A DNA stretch of 64,000 nucleotides. Source: Sulfuricurvum sp. GTDB taxonomy: Bacteria; Campylobacterota; Campylobacteria; Campylobacterales; Sulfurimonadaceae. The stretch lies in NCBI GenBank assembly GCA_030696285.1, contig JAUYSQ010000068.1, positions 2,231-66,230 on the forward strand, given 5' to 3'. This document shows, in pieces, positions 28,361-37,824 of the stretch (positions are counted from its first letter, which is position 1; the number at the start of each line of letters is the position of its first letter). Position numbers and translations under genes: made by a program. The notes beneath the pieces were generated by a model. That model searched no databases, was not told the DNA's origin, and worked only from the letters and a program-made list of their open reading frames with translations.

Positions 28361-29923
28361 TTGCACTTCATTGAGTATATCTATTTTTTCTACGGCCTTG
28401 CATTTTTTCTCTTCGGCTTCAGTATCCTCCACTATCCAATGGAAAACTCTATTTTCAAATTTGCCCGTGAATTAAAATACCTGGGACTCTTTGGGATTCT
28501 CCACGGAATATCCGAATGGCTGGTCCTGTTCAAGTTGCTGGAAACGGGAGAGGCAAAGGAGTTGCTTAACATAGCCGATTTTAGTCTAATGAGCCTCTCC
28601 TATATCGTACTCCTCTATTTTGCTTTGCGCGTTATTTGGGATCGGTATCTTGCGATGAAACTCATCAGCCTTATTATTATAGGATCGTTGATAGTGATGA
28701 TTACCTTTAATCTTTTCTCATTTAACAATGCAACCATTCTAACTCGCTACTTCCTCGGCGCTCCTGGAATTTTCTTAACCGCTTATATATTTGCCCATCC
28801 ATTTTACGTCGTTCAAGGATTAGTTTATGACTCCGTAAAACGATGTACTTTTACCCTATCCATCATTTTTTTCATTTACGGCATCCTCGCAGGGCTCATT
28901 GTCCCCACCGGAGCTTTTTTCCCGGCATCCGTTCTCAATGCCGATACCTTTCAATCTCTGACCGGACTGCCGGTTCAGCTCTTTCGAGCTTTATGTGCAA
29001 TCGTAGCGAGCTATGCAATTAGTAAAATCCTTCAAGTGTTCAAGCATCAAACCGATTTCCATCTTTTTAAACTTTCCAAGGCTCTGGAAGAGAGCGGAGA
29101 TACCGTGGTGATCACCGATATAGAAGGGAAAATCGAGTATGTCAACCGCGCATTTGAGGAAGAATCAGGATTTTTGGCGGAGGAAGCACTCAATAAAAAA
29201 ACCAATATTCTCCGCTCCGGAGAACATAGAAATTCCTTTTATGAGAAGCTGTGGCAAACAATCCTAGGAGGAAAAACCTATCGCGGAGTAGTTACCAATA
29301 AGCGAAAAGATGCAACTCTCTATCACGAGTTCAAAACCATCGTTCCCCTAAAAAATAAACGAGGAGAGATCACCAATTTTATCTCAACCGGTAAAGACAT
29401 TACCTCGCGAGTCCTCTTTGAACACGAGCTGGAAAAAGCTGCAGCGACTGATCCTCTGACCGGTGCGGCGAACCGCTTGCAGTGTGACCGGTGGCTCAAA
29501 TCAGCAACCGACCAGGCCCGAGTATTTAATACGCCGATTACACTGATACTCTTTGATATCGATGACTTCAAAAAAGTCAACGATACCTTCGGACATAACG
29601 CAGGGGATAATGTCCTGATACAGATTTCCGAAATCGTCCGTACCCTGATGCGAAGCAGCGATATGTTTGCCCGGTGGGGTGGTGAAGAGTTTTTAATTTT
29701 GCAAACTGACACCCCCTTTGAGGGGACAATGGCCCTCGCGGAGCGACTCAGAAAAGAGATCGAACAATCAACCTTTAAAGATGTCGGTCAAATCACCATT
29801 AGCATCGGTGTAGCACAGTACGATGCAGTAGGAAGTATTGAGGCGTTTGTCAAAAAGGCGGATGATGCCATGTATGCAGCAAAAAAACAAGGAAAAAATA
29901 GGATTGTGGTTGACAAAAGATAA
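28361..29923 (+). CDS. Membrane sensor-PAS-GGDEF diguanylate cyclase
   Basis: About six N-terminal TM helices, PAS (EYVNRAFEEESGF), DIDDFKKVNDTFGH, RWGGEEF. Confidence 0.9.
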   Translation: MHFIEYIYFFYGLAFFLFGFSILHYPMENSIFKFARELKYLGLFGILHGISEWLVLFKLLETGEAKELLNIADFSLMSLSYIVLLYFALRVIWDRYLAMKLISLIIIGSLIVMITFNLFSFNNATILTRYFLGAPGIFLTAYIFAHPFYVVQGLVYDSVKRCTFTLSIIFFIYGILAGLIVPTGAFFPASVLNADTFQSLTGLPVQLFRALCAIVASYAISKILQVFKHQTDFHLFKLSKALEESGDTVVITDIEGKIEYVNRAFEEESGFLAEEALNKKTNILRSGEHRNSFYEKLWQTILGGKTYRGVVTNKRKDATLYHEFKTIVPLKNKRGEITNFISTGKDITSRVLFEHELEKAAATDPLTGAANRLQCDRWLKSATDQARVFNTPITLILFDIDDFKKVNDTFGHNAGDNVLIQISEIVRTLMRSSDMFARWGGEEFLILQTDTPFEGTMALAERLRKEIEQSTFKDVGQITISIGVAQYDAVGSIEAFVKKADDAMYAAKKQGKNRIVVDKR

Positions 29924-30154
29924 TAGCTTAATGACGCTATTCGATACATCAACCCCATGTTTCTCGTCTCGAATCCAAAGGTACGGTAAAATAGATACCG
30001 TTGTCTCTATAAATTCGCGTTGATGCTAAAATGTAATTGTGGCATGGTTGCGGATCAAAAAAATGTGATTTTTATCTATTTGATTAAAAAATAAGCTACT
30101 AAGGTGACTCGTTACTTTACCAATCCGTTACACTTCCTCTAAAAAGGGGCGGCT

Positions 30155-30712
30155 ATGACCAACAAAGAAAAATCAATCCATAATCTCCATCAAGCCAGAA
30201 CATCACATATCCGCTGGGTCAATGCAATTAAACTACTGATATCGGGTATCGATGTATCCTCCGATACAATTACTCTCTCTCCTACTGATTCACCCTTTGG
30301 AAAATGGTTTTATGGTGAAGCAATGATTTTTTCACTAGGAACCTCTCGAATGGCTCTCGAAGATATTGAAACACTGTTACTCTCATTGCATGATAAATAC
30401 ACCAAAATTTACCCTATCTATTATGGACAGAAAAAGAAAACACGTTTAGGAGGATTTTTAGGAGGTAAGAGTAAAGCAAGCGAGCATGAAATCGAACTCT
30501 CTCTACGCTATTATGAAGAGATCATTCTACTCTCCGATCAACTTAAACATAAGCTCCGTATTTTAGAAGCGCAATTTATGGGTTTCACAGAAGAAAAATT
30601 TGACGAATACTGCCGTTTTACTGAAAAAGAGACCATTGTACCGATCGAACTGAAGATACCCGAACCTTCCATAGATGAGGGAGCCTATCATTATGGAGCG
30701 CGGGGGAGATAA
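30155..30712 (+). CDS. CZB (chemoreceptor zinc-binding)-like domain protein
   Basis: HIRWV...SPFGKWFYGE...LHDKY pattern; some Zn ligands are missing. Confidence 0.65.
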   Translation: MTNKEKSIHNLHQARTSHIRWVNAIKLLISGIDVSSDTITLSPTDSPFGKWFYGEAMIFSLGTSRMALEDIETLLLSLHDKYTKIYPIYYGQKKKTRLGGFLGGKSKASEHEIELSLRYYEEIILLSDQLKHKLRILEAQFMGFTEEKFDEYCRFTEKETIVPIELKIPEPSIDEGAYHYGARGR

Positions 30713-31152
30713 TACATCAACCCCATATTATTCATCTCAAATTCAAACTTTTGATAGAAAGTAATTGCCGATATATTTCGTTTGTCGGCTCCCAATGCAA
30801 TACGTCCATAGCCAAGGATATGTGCATGTTCAATCATAGAACCAAGGAGTAAGCGACCAACTCCGATCCCTCGATACTCATGCGATACAATCATATCTTC
30901 GATCAATCCGACACGTTCCCCCATCGCAGTAGAGATAAGGCTTTGCATGGAGATCATCCCTATCACACGGTTAGAAATTTCGGCTACCACTATAATAGAA
31001 CCTTGATATTGAAGAAGCAATTGCAATCCACGGATCTGTTTATCCCTATCAATAATAAAATCATCTTCGATAGCGAAAAGTTCAGCAAGCAGACCTGCCA
31101 TAGCTGGAACATCATTGCTTTTGGCTTTACGGATAGTGACGTTAGCGTCCAC
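30691..31152 (-). CDS. GNAT-family N-acetyltransferase
   Basis: IEDMIVSHEYRGIGVGRLL acetyl-CoA motif; N..AITFYQKFEF. Confidence 0.9.
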   Translation of the reverse strand: MDANVTIRKAKSNDVPAMAGLLAELFAIEDDFIIDRDKQIRGLQLLLQYQGSIIVVAEISNRVIGMISMQSLISTAMGERVGLIEDMIVSHEYRGIGVGRLLLGSMIEHAHILGYGRIALGADKRNISAITFYQKFEFEMNNMGLMYYLPRAP

Positions 31153-31420
31153 TCTTCATCCTCTCAAGTATTTCTCCAAGTTTATCGTTGCGTAACTGAA
31201 TCAATCTGTCAATCTCTTCATAATCAAAATTTCCAGTATACGCCATATCAAAAATTCGTAAAAGTGCAGCGCGGCAACAGCTCTTGTCACACTCGGTAAC
31301 GAGCTTTTTAGCTTTTTTGTAGGGGAGGGAGGTCTCTTGGAAAATTTTGATGGCATCGGCAACACTCTTGCCACCGCATTCACAAATTTCGCAGGCTAAA
31401 ATTTCTTCTTTGGTAGGCAT
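31142..31420 (-). CDS. BFD-like [2Fe-2S]-binding protein
   Basis: ICECGG...ECDKSCC cysteine spacing, similar to BFD and the NifU central domain. Confidence 0.6.
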   Translation of the reverse strand: MPTKEEILACEICECGGKSVADAIKIFQETSLPYKKAKKLVTECDKSCCRAALLRIFDMAYTGNFDYEEIDRLIQLRNDKLGEILERMKSGR

Positions 31421-31475
31421 AAGAGCCTCCTTTAGTACGATAAATCAAAACTAAGATAGGTTTGTATTCTACCTT

Positions 31476-31545
31476 GTCATCCCGTGCTCCGACACGGGAT
31501 CCAAAACCACGAAATGCGTGGATACCGTATCAAGTACGGTATGAC
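31476..31545. repeat. REP-like doublet, family C
   Basis: gtcatcccgtgctccgacacgggatcca...tggataccgtatcaagtacggtatgac. Confidence 0.9.
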
Positions 31546-31582
31546 GGAGTATTCAAGCTTAATTCTGATTTAGTATGCTTCT

Positions 31583-31771
31583 TTACAGAGAATGCTCTGC
31601 TTTATACGCATTTGCTTTTTCGACAGCAACGTAGAGTTTTTCAGCCAATTCCGGCATCTTAACATGGTTGCTCCACACAGTATCTTCGACAATATCATGA
31701 ATCTCAGAGGCAACTTCTATCGCCAAGCGTTTGAGTTTTGCCAACTCTTTTTTGTGTTCTACTTCGGTCAT
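31583..31771 (-). CDS. Rop-like / CCE_0567-family nif-associated small protein
   Basis: KELAKLKRLA...SEIHDIVED matches the LKKL...LHDL.E pattern of this nif-cluster family. Confidence 0.7.
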   Translation of the reverse strand: MTEVEHKKELAKLKRLAIEVASEIHDIVEDTVWSNHVKMPELAEKLYVAVEKANAYKAEHSL

Positions 31772-31797
31772 AATAAACTCCTTATTTTTAGTTTAAA

Positions 31798-31812
31798 TGC
31801 AAATTTTGTTCA
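31798..31812 (-). promoter_or_regulatory. nif motif TGAAC-N5-TTGCA
   Basis: Minus strand TGAACaaaatTTGCA, 26 nt before the ATG at 31771. Confidence 0.65.
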
Positions 31813-32637
31813 CAGTGAAAATGCGTAAATATTATTAAATTTAACACTATGCACTTCTCCGTAAAACATGTGTAAAAACGTCCCTTTTTGTTGAAAGTGA
31901 TATTTTTCATACAGATCCACTGCTTTGGTATTTCCCATCGGAACATCGGCGAGCACTTTCTTCAATCCTCGAAAATACAGAACTCCCTGCATCATTTTTT
32001 CCGCTTCCTCGTCAAACCCCTCACGGCATTGCCACGGACCAAGATACACTCCGCGTGCATTGATAACACTGGAGTGTTGGAACGAGTTTGGGAGGGCGAA
32101 TTTCAGCGAACTGTTGCGCTCCATCTCATCGAGTATAAATCCCATACGATCTTCCCCGAATGTCTCAAAATCAAGCTTACGAATCATCGCATCGAAGTTT
32201 CCGCCATCGAGCTCTTTTGCCTGTGCATTGGTAAAACTAAACGGGGGAACTTTTCCGACATTAAGATATCGCCCTACTTCCATGACCGATTTAAAACCGC
32301 TTTGCTCAAAAAAATCTTCGAGTTGAGGATTGGCGTGCAAATAAAGAGAAGGGTGCTCCTCTTTTAAAACACCAAAAAGGGTATTAAATAGCCGCCGTCC
32401 GATCCCCTGCTTTTGATGCGTCGGTTTGACCATAAAATATTTAATCATCGCCGAGGATTCAAACTCGATTGCCATCACTGCACCGACAAGTACCCCTTCA
32501 TCGTAGGCACCGTAGCACAGATGCGGTGCGTGCATCATCATGAGTTTTACATGGTATCCATCGAGTAACCAACCGGTCTCTTCGGAAATTTTAATCAGAT
32601 CCGGAACATCGACAAACTTTAGCCACCCTATATACAT
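31810..32637 (-). CDS. GNAT-family acetyltransferase (double-GNAT length)
   Basis: FMVKPTHQKQGIGRRL; second domain N..AVDLYEKYHF; start overlaps the nifV stop. Confidence 0.8.
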   Translation of the reverse strand: MYIGWLKFVDVPDLIKISEETGWLLDGYHVKLMMMHAPHLCYGAYDEGVLVGAVMAIEFESSAMIKYFMVKPTHQKQGIGRRLFNTLFGVLKEEHPSLYLHANPQLEDFFEQSGFKSVMEVGRYLNVGKVPPFSFTNAQAKELDGGNFDAMIRKLDFETFGEDRMGFILDEMERNSSLKFALPNSFQHSSVINARGVYLGPWQCREGFDEEAEKMMQGVLYFRGLKKVLADVPMGNTKAVDLYEKYHFQQKGTFLHMFYGEVHSVKFNNIYAFSL

Positions 32638-33743
32638 GCCGCGTCCTGATAGAGAGATTTAAGTTCGAACACATCCAGCACCCGTTTACGTGAGGTTACA
32701 ATTTCTCGGATTTTTGGAAGAAGATCGCTTAAGATACTGTTATCCGCACTGATACCCATCCGTTTTAGATGGTAGCGTATTGTTGCACTTCCAGAGTGTT
32801 TGCCGATAGGATACGAACTTTCTAATCCCACTTCACTCGCTTCATACGGTTCATATGCGCTTGAGTCTTTCATCATACCGCTTGCGTGAATGCCGCTCTC
32901 GTGGGCGAAAATATGTTCCCCCACGACAGGAGCATTGGATGCGAGTGTCATATTGGCTGCACTCGCGACTGTTCCCACTAAATTTCGAATCAGGAGAGGA
33001 TCGATAAGGCGTGCCTCACCGTAGAGATGTTTCAATGCCATGAGAATCTGTTCAAATGAAGCATTGCCCGCCCTCTCACCTAACCCCATTACGGTCGTGT
33101 TCATACTGATGGCCCCTGCATCAATTCCGCTGAGGGCATTGGCGTTGGCAAGTCCAAAATCGTTGTGAGTGTGCATTTCAATCGGGAGGAGATTTAGATC
33201 ACATAACGACTTGACTGCTTTGTACGTTTGTGTTGGAGTCATAATGCCGATCGTATCGCAATAGCGAAAACGATGCGCTCCGCATTCACGTGAGAGTTCC
33301 ATCACATCACGGATAAATTCATGAGAGCCTCGTGAACTGTCTTCACCGCCGATACAGACAAACAGTCCTTCGCGAGTGGCAGCAGAAACCACACGTTCGA
33401 GTTCACTTAATACTTTTATTTTACTTCCGCCGAATTTGACATCAATCAAAATATCGGAAATAGGAATCGATAAGTCAACCGCTTTGACACCGCACGAAAG
33501 CGATGCATCAAGGTCTTCCATTTTCATCCGATTCCACGTCATCATTCGAGCGCGTAATCCTAGAGAAAGAAGGGTTTTTATATCCTCACGCTCTTTGACA
33601 CCCATTGCTGCAATACCAATTTCGAGTTCATCCGCTCCGCACGCATCCAACAGCGTTGCGATACGGATTTTTTCGTCGGTATTGAACGCGACGTAAGCGG
33701 CTTGCTCGCCGTCACGCAATGTTGTGTCATTTATGAGTGCCAT
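32628..33743 (-). CDS. nifV: Homocitrate synthase
   Basis: INDTTLRDGEQ, HTHNDFG.A.AN, GLGERAGNA, HESGIH, IGKHSG. True start MALIND at 33743; the upstream extension in the ORF track comes from a repeat. Confidence 0.93.
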   Translation of the reverse strand: MALINDTTLRDGEQAAYVAFNTDEKIRIATLLDACGADELEIGIAAMGVKEREDIKTLLSLGLRARMMTWNRMKMEDLDASLSCGVKAVDLSIPISDILIDVKFGGSKIKVLSELERVVSAATREGLFVCIGGEDSSRGSHEFIRDVMELSRECGAHRFRYCDTIGIMTPTQTYKAVKSLCDLNLLPIEMHTHNDFGLANANALSGIDAGAISMNTTVMGLGERAGNASFEQILMALKHLYGEARLIDPLLIRNLVGTVASAANMTLASNAPVVGEHIFAHESGIHASGMMKDSSAYEPYEASEVGLESSYPIGKHSGSATIRYHLKRMGISADNSILSDLLPKIREIVTSRKRVLDVFELKSLYQDAACI

Positions 33744-33758
33744 AATAGGTTCCTTCCC

Positions 33759-33831
33759 GTCATCCTCGGGCTTGACCCGGGGATCCATCTTCATTAATGC
33801 ATAACTGGATTCCCGCCTTCGCGGGAATGAC
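33759..33831. repeat. REP-like doublet, family C, between nifB and nifV
   Basis: gtcatcctcgggcttgacccggggatcca...tggattcccgccttcgcgggaatgac. Confidence 0.9.
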
Positions 33832-33837
33832 GATGTA

Positions 33838-35253
33838 TTAGTTCACTTCCGCGTTTTCATCCACACCGAAATATTTACGAGATGCTTTGAGTACCGAAAT
33901 CTCGATAGGCTCATAGGCATAGCTTTGATCCGCAACGATACCTGCAGCTTTAAGATCGTCTTGAGGGCATCCGCCGATTTTTGCGGTAAGGACCATTTGC
34001 ACGTCTTTGAGTTTTTCCAAAATTGGAGCCAGTGGATTCGTCCCATCAGGACCTGCACAATATTCTGCATCCACTTTACGGTGATGGATAAATCGAATCC
34101 CTTTGTCTCCTGCTTCATAAATCAAGAACTCTTTAACACTACCAAAGTGCATGTTAATCATCCCCTCACCCGCAGTCGTAACCGCAACGAGGATCGTCAC
34201 ACCGTTGGAGCTAAGTTCTTCTTTCTCTTTTCGGACACGGTCGTTTGCACGGTCGAGGAAGAAACGGAACTCTTCAATTTTCGCTTGTGCTTCTTGGCGT
34301 GCTTCGAGATCGTATTTGATTTGGAGTTCATCGAAACTAAGCCCTGAGAAGGTGTCTTTGGTAAACTCTCCGCCACGGTCTTCACCGATAAGCCCTACCG
34401 CATCGGCACGACACTGACGGCAATGCTGCATCAACTTCATATCATGTCCGCACGCTTCTTGCGCTGCCATTTGCTCTTGATCGGTAGCACTGGGTACTCC
34501 ATCGAGGGCAAATTTGGTTCCGAACTCCGGCTCAGAGAGAATCGGCATAATGTTGTGCAAGAAGACACCGATCTCTTTGAGCTTTCGTGAAACTTCCGGT
34601 AAATGTTGGTCATTGATACCCGGAATTAGTACCGAGTTGGCTTTAATCAAAATCCCTTTTTCAACACATTTACGCATCCCTTCTAGCTGATTTGCCAAAA
34701 GGATCTTTGATGCCTCTTTCCCATAGATACGTTTATTGTCATGGAAAATCCACGGATAAATCAGACTTCCAATCTCACCCGTCTCATCGACGCTGTTAAT
34801 CGTAACGGTAATGTGATCGATATTGTATTCGACCATCTCATCAACAAAATTAGGCAATTCCAAACCGTTCGTAGAGAGACACAATTTTAAATCTGGTGCA
34901 AATTCGCGCACCATTCCAAATGTCTCAAACGTCTTTTTAGGATTAGCAAGAGCATCGCCGGGACCCGCGATCCCAAGAACACTCATACGTTGAACTTCTC
35001 CGCCAACGAACATAACTTTCTTCGCAGCTTCCACAGGTGAAAGGCGTTCTGACGTAACACCTGGGCGTGACTCGTTTGAACAGTCGTATTTACGGTTACA
35101 GTAATTGCATTGGATATTACACGCAGGGGCAACCGCAACGTGAATACGGGCATAGTGGTGGTGAGCACCTTCTGAATAGCATGGATGATTGTGGATCTTT
35201 TCCTTAATATCATCGGGCATAAAAGCTTCAGTTCCAGTTGATGAACAGCTCAT
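33838..35253 (-). CDS. nifB: FeMo-cofactor biosynthesis radical SAM protein NifB (with C-terminal NifX-like domain)
   Basis: HPCYS, RIHVAVAPACNIQCNYCNRKYDC, ESRPG, AGPGDALAN, HCRQCRADA, INMHFG. Confidence 0.98.
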   Translation of the reverse strand: MSCSSTGTEAFMPDDIKEKIHNHPCYSEGAHHHYARIHVAVAPACNIQCNYCNRKYDCSNESRPGVTSERLSPVEAAKKVMFVGGEVQRMSVLGIAGPGDALANPKKTFETFGMVREFAPDLKLCLSTNGLELPNFVDEMVEYNIDHITVTINSVDETGEIGSLIYPWIFHDNKRIYGKEASKILLANQLEGMRKCVEKGILIKANSVLIPGINDQHLPEVSRKLKEIGVFLHNIMPILSEPEFGTKFALDGVPSATDQEQMAAQEACGHDMKLMQHCRQCRADAVGLIGEDRGGEFTKDTFSGLSFDELQIKYDLEARQEAQAKIEEFRFFLDRANDRVRKEKEELSSNGVTILVAVTTAGEGMINMHFGSVKEFLIYEAGDKGIRFIHHRKVDAEYCAGPDGTNPLAPILEKLKDVQMVLTAKIGGCPQDDLKAAGIVADQSYAYEPIEISVLKASRKYFGVDENAEVN

Positions 35254-35326
35254 AGTATCTCCTTGTTATTATCATTATTTCAATGATCTGCCTCATCCAG
35301 CACCAACCATTTTCTACGTTCTGTTA

Positions 35327-35341
35327 TGCAAATAGCGTTCT
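35327..35341 (-). promoter_or_regulatory. nif motif AGAAC-N5-TTGCA upstream of nifB
   Basis: Minus strand AGAACgctatTTGCAt. Confidence 0.7.
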
Positions 35342-35381
35342 TATCGATTACGAAGCAATCGTGGTTCAATCGTGACAATTT

Positions 35382-35397
35382 TGTATTTAGGGGAACA
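35382..35397. promoter_or_regulatory. Possible NifA-type upstream activator site TGT-N10-ACA
   Basis: TGT atttagggga ACA lies between the two divergent nif motifs; a short motif like this can arise by chance. Confidence 0.4.
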
Positions 35398-35440
35398 AAG
35401 CCGTTGTTGCCTTTTCAAACCTCTATAGATAATGAAAGCA

Positions 35441-35455
35441 AGAACAAGAGTTGCA
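35441..35455 (+). promoter_or_regulatory. nif motif AGAAC-N5-TTGCA upstream of the 35484 gene and ech operon
   Basis: AGAACaagagTTGCA, 28 nt before the ATG at 35484. Confidence 0.7.
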
Positions 35456-35483
35456 ATAGTTAGGTCAATACAAGGAGTCTCTG

Positions 35484-35927
35484 ATGATCGTTGCCATACC
35501 GATAGATGCATTCAAACGTGTCTACCACTACAATCCATGTAGCGCAACGATGTTCGCACTGTATGAGCTAAGCGGAGATCGCAAAGATATTCGCTATCGA
35601 CATTTGGAATCCAAACTCAATCCATGGAAAAAATGTGAAGGGGAGATGGTGTGTGATCCGAAGATGAAAGAGAGTAACTGTGACAGTGACAAAAGTCGCG
35701 ATCCTCATCACATCAGTGAACATTACGCACTGCTAGAAGTCATTGGTAAATGCGACTATCTTATCACGGGTCAATATTGTCTCAATACTTTTTATGCGAT
35801 GCGCAATGTCGGAATCAAAATCCATAAAATTCCTCCCTTTATGAAAACGACACACGAAGCGATGAACCACTTTATCATCGGTGCCGAGATCACCGACAAC
35901 CTCCAATACATCCACCCGGCATCGTAA
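35484..35927 (+). CDS. NifB/NifX-fold (FeMo-cofactor-binding-like) protein with a Cys-rich insert
   Basis: MIVAIP...ATMFALYEL...IGKCDYLITGQY..NTFYAMRNVGIKI matches the NifX-fold layout. Confidence 0.55.
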   Translation: MIVAIPIDAFKRVYHYNPCSATMFALYELSGDRKDIRYRHLESKLNPWKKCEGEMVCDPKMKESNCDSDKSRDPHHISEHYALLEVIGKCDYLITGQYCLNTFYAMRNVGIKIHKIPPFMKTTHEAMNHFIIGAEITDNLQYIHPAS

Positions 35928-35985
35928 TACAAAAGCTGCTTTTTTTCGCTACAATCTATCCAACTTTGTAAAAAAGAGCAAAATT

Positions 35986-37824
35986 ATGCAAGAGCTTCTA
36001 CTTATTCTCTTCCTGCTCCCTTTTTTTGCCGCCGTCGGCGTACTTAGCGTTAAACGGTACGCTGGGATCATTACCTTTTTTACTGCCACTTTTTTGATGG
36101 CCGCATCCTCGCTTGCTTACCTCTCTTTCGAATCCAGTTTTACCCTCTCACTTTCCTATCTAAGCGTCCCGTTTTTGGTAACGGACCTAGTTCTTTTGGG
36201 ATATTTCGCCACTATAGGCTATACGAGCCGAAACAAAAAAATTCTTTTTCTGAGTATCGTACAGGCGGCTTTTTTGTTTCTCCTTGAAAACTTTTCCTCA
36301 CGAGAAGGCTACGACATCGTCGTTGATAAACTCTCCCTATTTATGTTTTTGCTCATCAATATCGTAGGTTCCCTCATCCTCATCTACGCCGTCCGCTACA
36401 TCAAAGACGAAACCTCAGATATCTCCAAGCAAGCGGTCTTTCTCGCTATACTCACAGCCTTCCTCGGCGTCATGAACCTGCTTGTATCGGTCGATAATAT
36501 TGAATGGCTCTTTTTATTTTTCGAAATGACGACACTTGCCAGTTTTTGGCTTATCGGCTTTAGGGACGATGCCGAGTCTCAGGAAAATGCCCGTATTGCC
36601 CTTTGGATGAACCAAATCGGCGGTGTAGCTCTTCTAGCAGCCGCACTTGTCGCAAAAGCAGAGCTTCACACCGTCTATATCTCCGAGATTTTAACGCACG
36701 GGGGAGAGACTCTGATACTTTTCACAGCGTTTTTTGCCGTCGCCGCCCTCATCAAGGGGGCGCAAATGCCGTTTTCGCCGTGGCTTCTTGGGGCAATGGC
36801 GGCACCCACCCCCGTCAGTGCGATACTCCACTCTTCCACTATGGTAAAAATCGCCCCCTACTTTATCTTGAAAATCTCTCCGGCACTTGCAGGGACAGCC
36901 GTAGGAGGGGTTATCGCCCTTATCGGAGCCATCTCCTTTCTCGTATCGGCCGCCCTTGCCCTGAGGGAAGAGAACTTTAAAAAAATCCTCGCCTATTCAA
37001 CTATTTCACTGCTGGGGCTTATGATACTTACTGCATCGCTGGGTACACCGCTGAGTGTCCTTGCTTGTATGCTTCTCATCCTCTTTCACGGTGTATCCAA
37101 AGCGATGCTCTTTATGTGCGCAGGGGTTTTGGAGAAGAAATACCATATCAAAAGTATCGAATCAGTGGAGGGGCTGATCAACAAGGCTCCAATCCTAACG
37201 TCACTTATCATTCTGGGATTTTTAAGTATTTCCCTCCCCCCTTTCGGTGTTTTTTTCGCCAAATGGATTGTATACGAAGGGGGTGCCGGTATTAGCGGTC
37301 TTATAGTGACGCTCCTGCTCTTTTTTATCGCGGTCGGAAGTGTCGCATTGACCCTTCTGTATTTTAAAACCGTCGGCAGATTCGTCGCAAACGACGATAC
37401 AAAAAGTTCAAAGGAAGATTATTCGTATCTGGCTTCCCCTCTTATCCTCGGAATGTTTCTCCTCGGGTTTAGTTTTTTTATCTCCCCTGCAATTGGAGGA
37501 TTTTTTAAAGAGAACGCCTCATTTGTCGTCTCGTCCGTCGTACCGATCAGCGGCGATTTTTGGGGGATTACCCTCCCTTTCGGAAGACTCGAATTTTGGC
37601 ATATTGTGGCCGCATTTTTGCTCCTGGGCGTCGCACCGCTCCTTGCGGCAAAAATACGGCTAAAAGGGATAGACAAGGTCAAACCGTACTCCTGCGGCGA
37701 GAAAATAGAGACAAGCGCCTACTCTTTCTACTTTGACCCCGCAAAAAATATTGAAAAAGTCGCCAATACTGTCTCCGCCGCCCTTTTTCTCCTTATTATC
37801 CTACTGGGAGCGTTAAATCTATGA
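35986..37824 (+). CDS. echA: Ech-type hydrogenase antiporter-like membrane subunit (EchA; NuoL/MrpA-like)
   Basis: Polytopic; FFEMTTLASFWLIG, IKGAQMPFSPWL.GAMAAPTPVSAILHSSTMVK, ILAYSTIS. Confidence 0.85.
   Translation: MQELLLILFLLPFFAAVGVLSVKRYAGIITFFTATFLMAASSLAYLSFESSFTLSLSYLSVPFLVTDLVLLGYFATIGYTSRNKKILFLSIVQAAFLFLLENFSSREGYDIVVDKLSLFMFLLINIVGSLILIYAVRYIKDETSDISKQAVFLAILTAFLGVMNLLVSVDNIEWLFLFFEMTTLASFWLIGFRDDAESQENARIALWMNQIGGVALLAAALVAKAELHTVYISEILTHGGETLILFTAFFAVAALIKGAQMPFSPWLLGAMAAPTPVSAILHSSTMVKIAPYFILKISPALAGTAVGGVIALIGAISFLVSAALALREENFKKILAYSTISLLGLMILTASLGTPLSVLACMLLILFHGVSKAMLFMCAGVLEKKYHIKSIESVEGLINKAPILTSLIILGFLSISLPPFGVFFAKWIVYEGGAGISGLIVTLLLFFIAVGSVALTLLYFKTVGRFVANDDTKSSKEDYSYLASPLILGMFLLGFSFFISPAIGGFFKENASFVVSSVVPISGDFWGITLPFGRLEFWHIVAAFLLLGVAPLLAAKIRLKGIDKVKPYSCGEKIETSAYSFYFDPAKNIEKVANTVSAALFLLIILLGALNL

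Noticed and set aside
33744-33794. N-terminal extension MKMDPRVKPEDDGKEPI on NifV in the ORF track
   Set aside because: It is mostly read through the REP-like doublet. The RBS (GAAGGA) and family alignment support the start at 33743.
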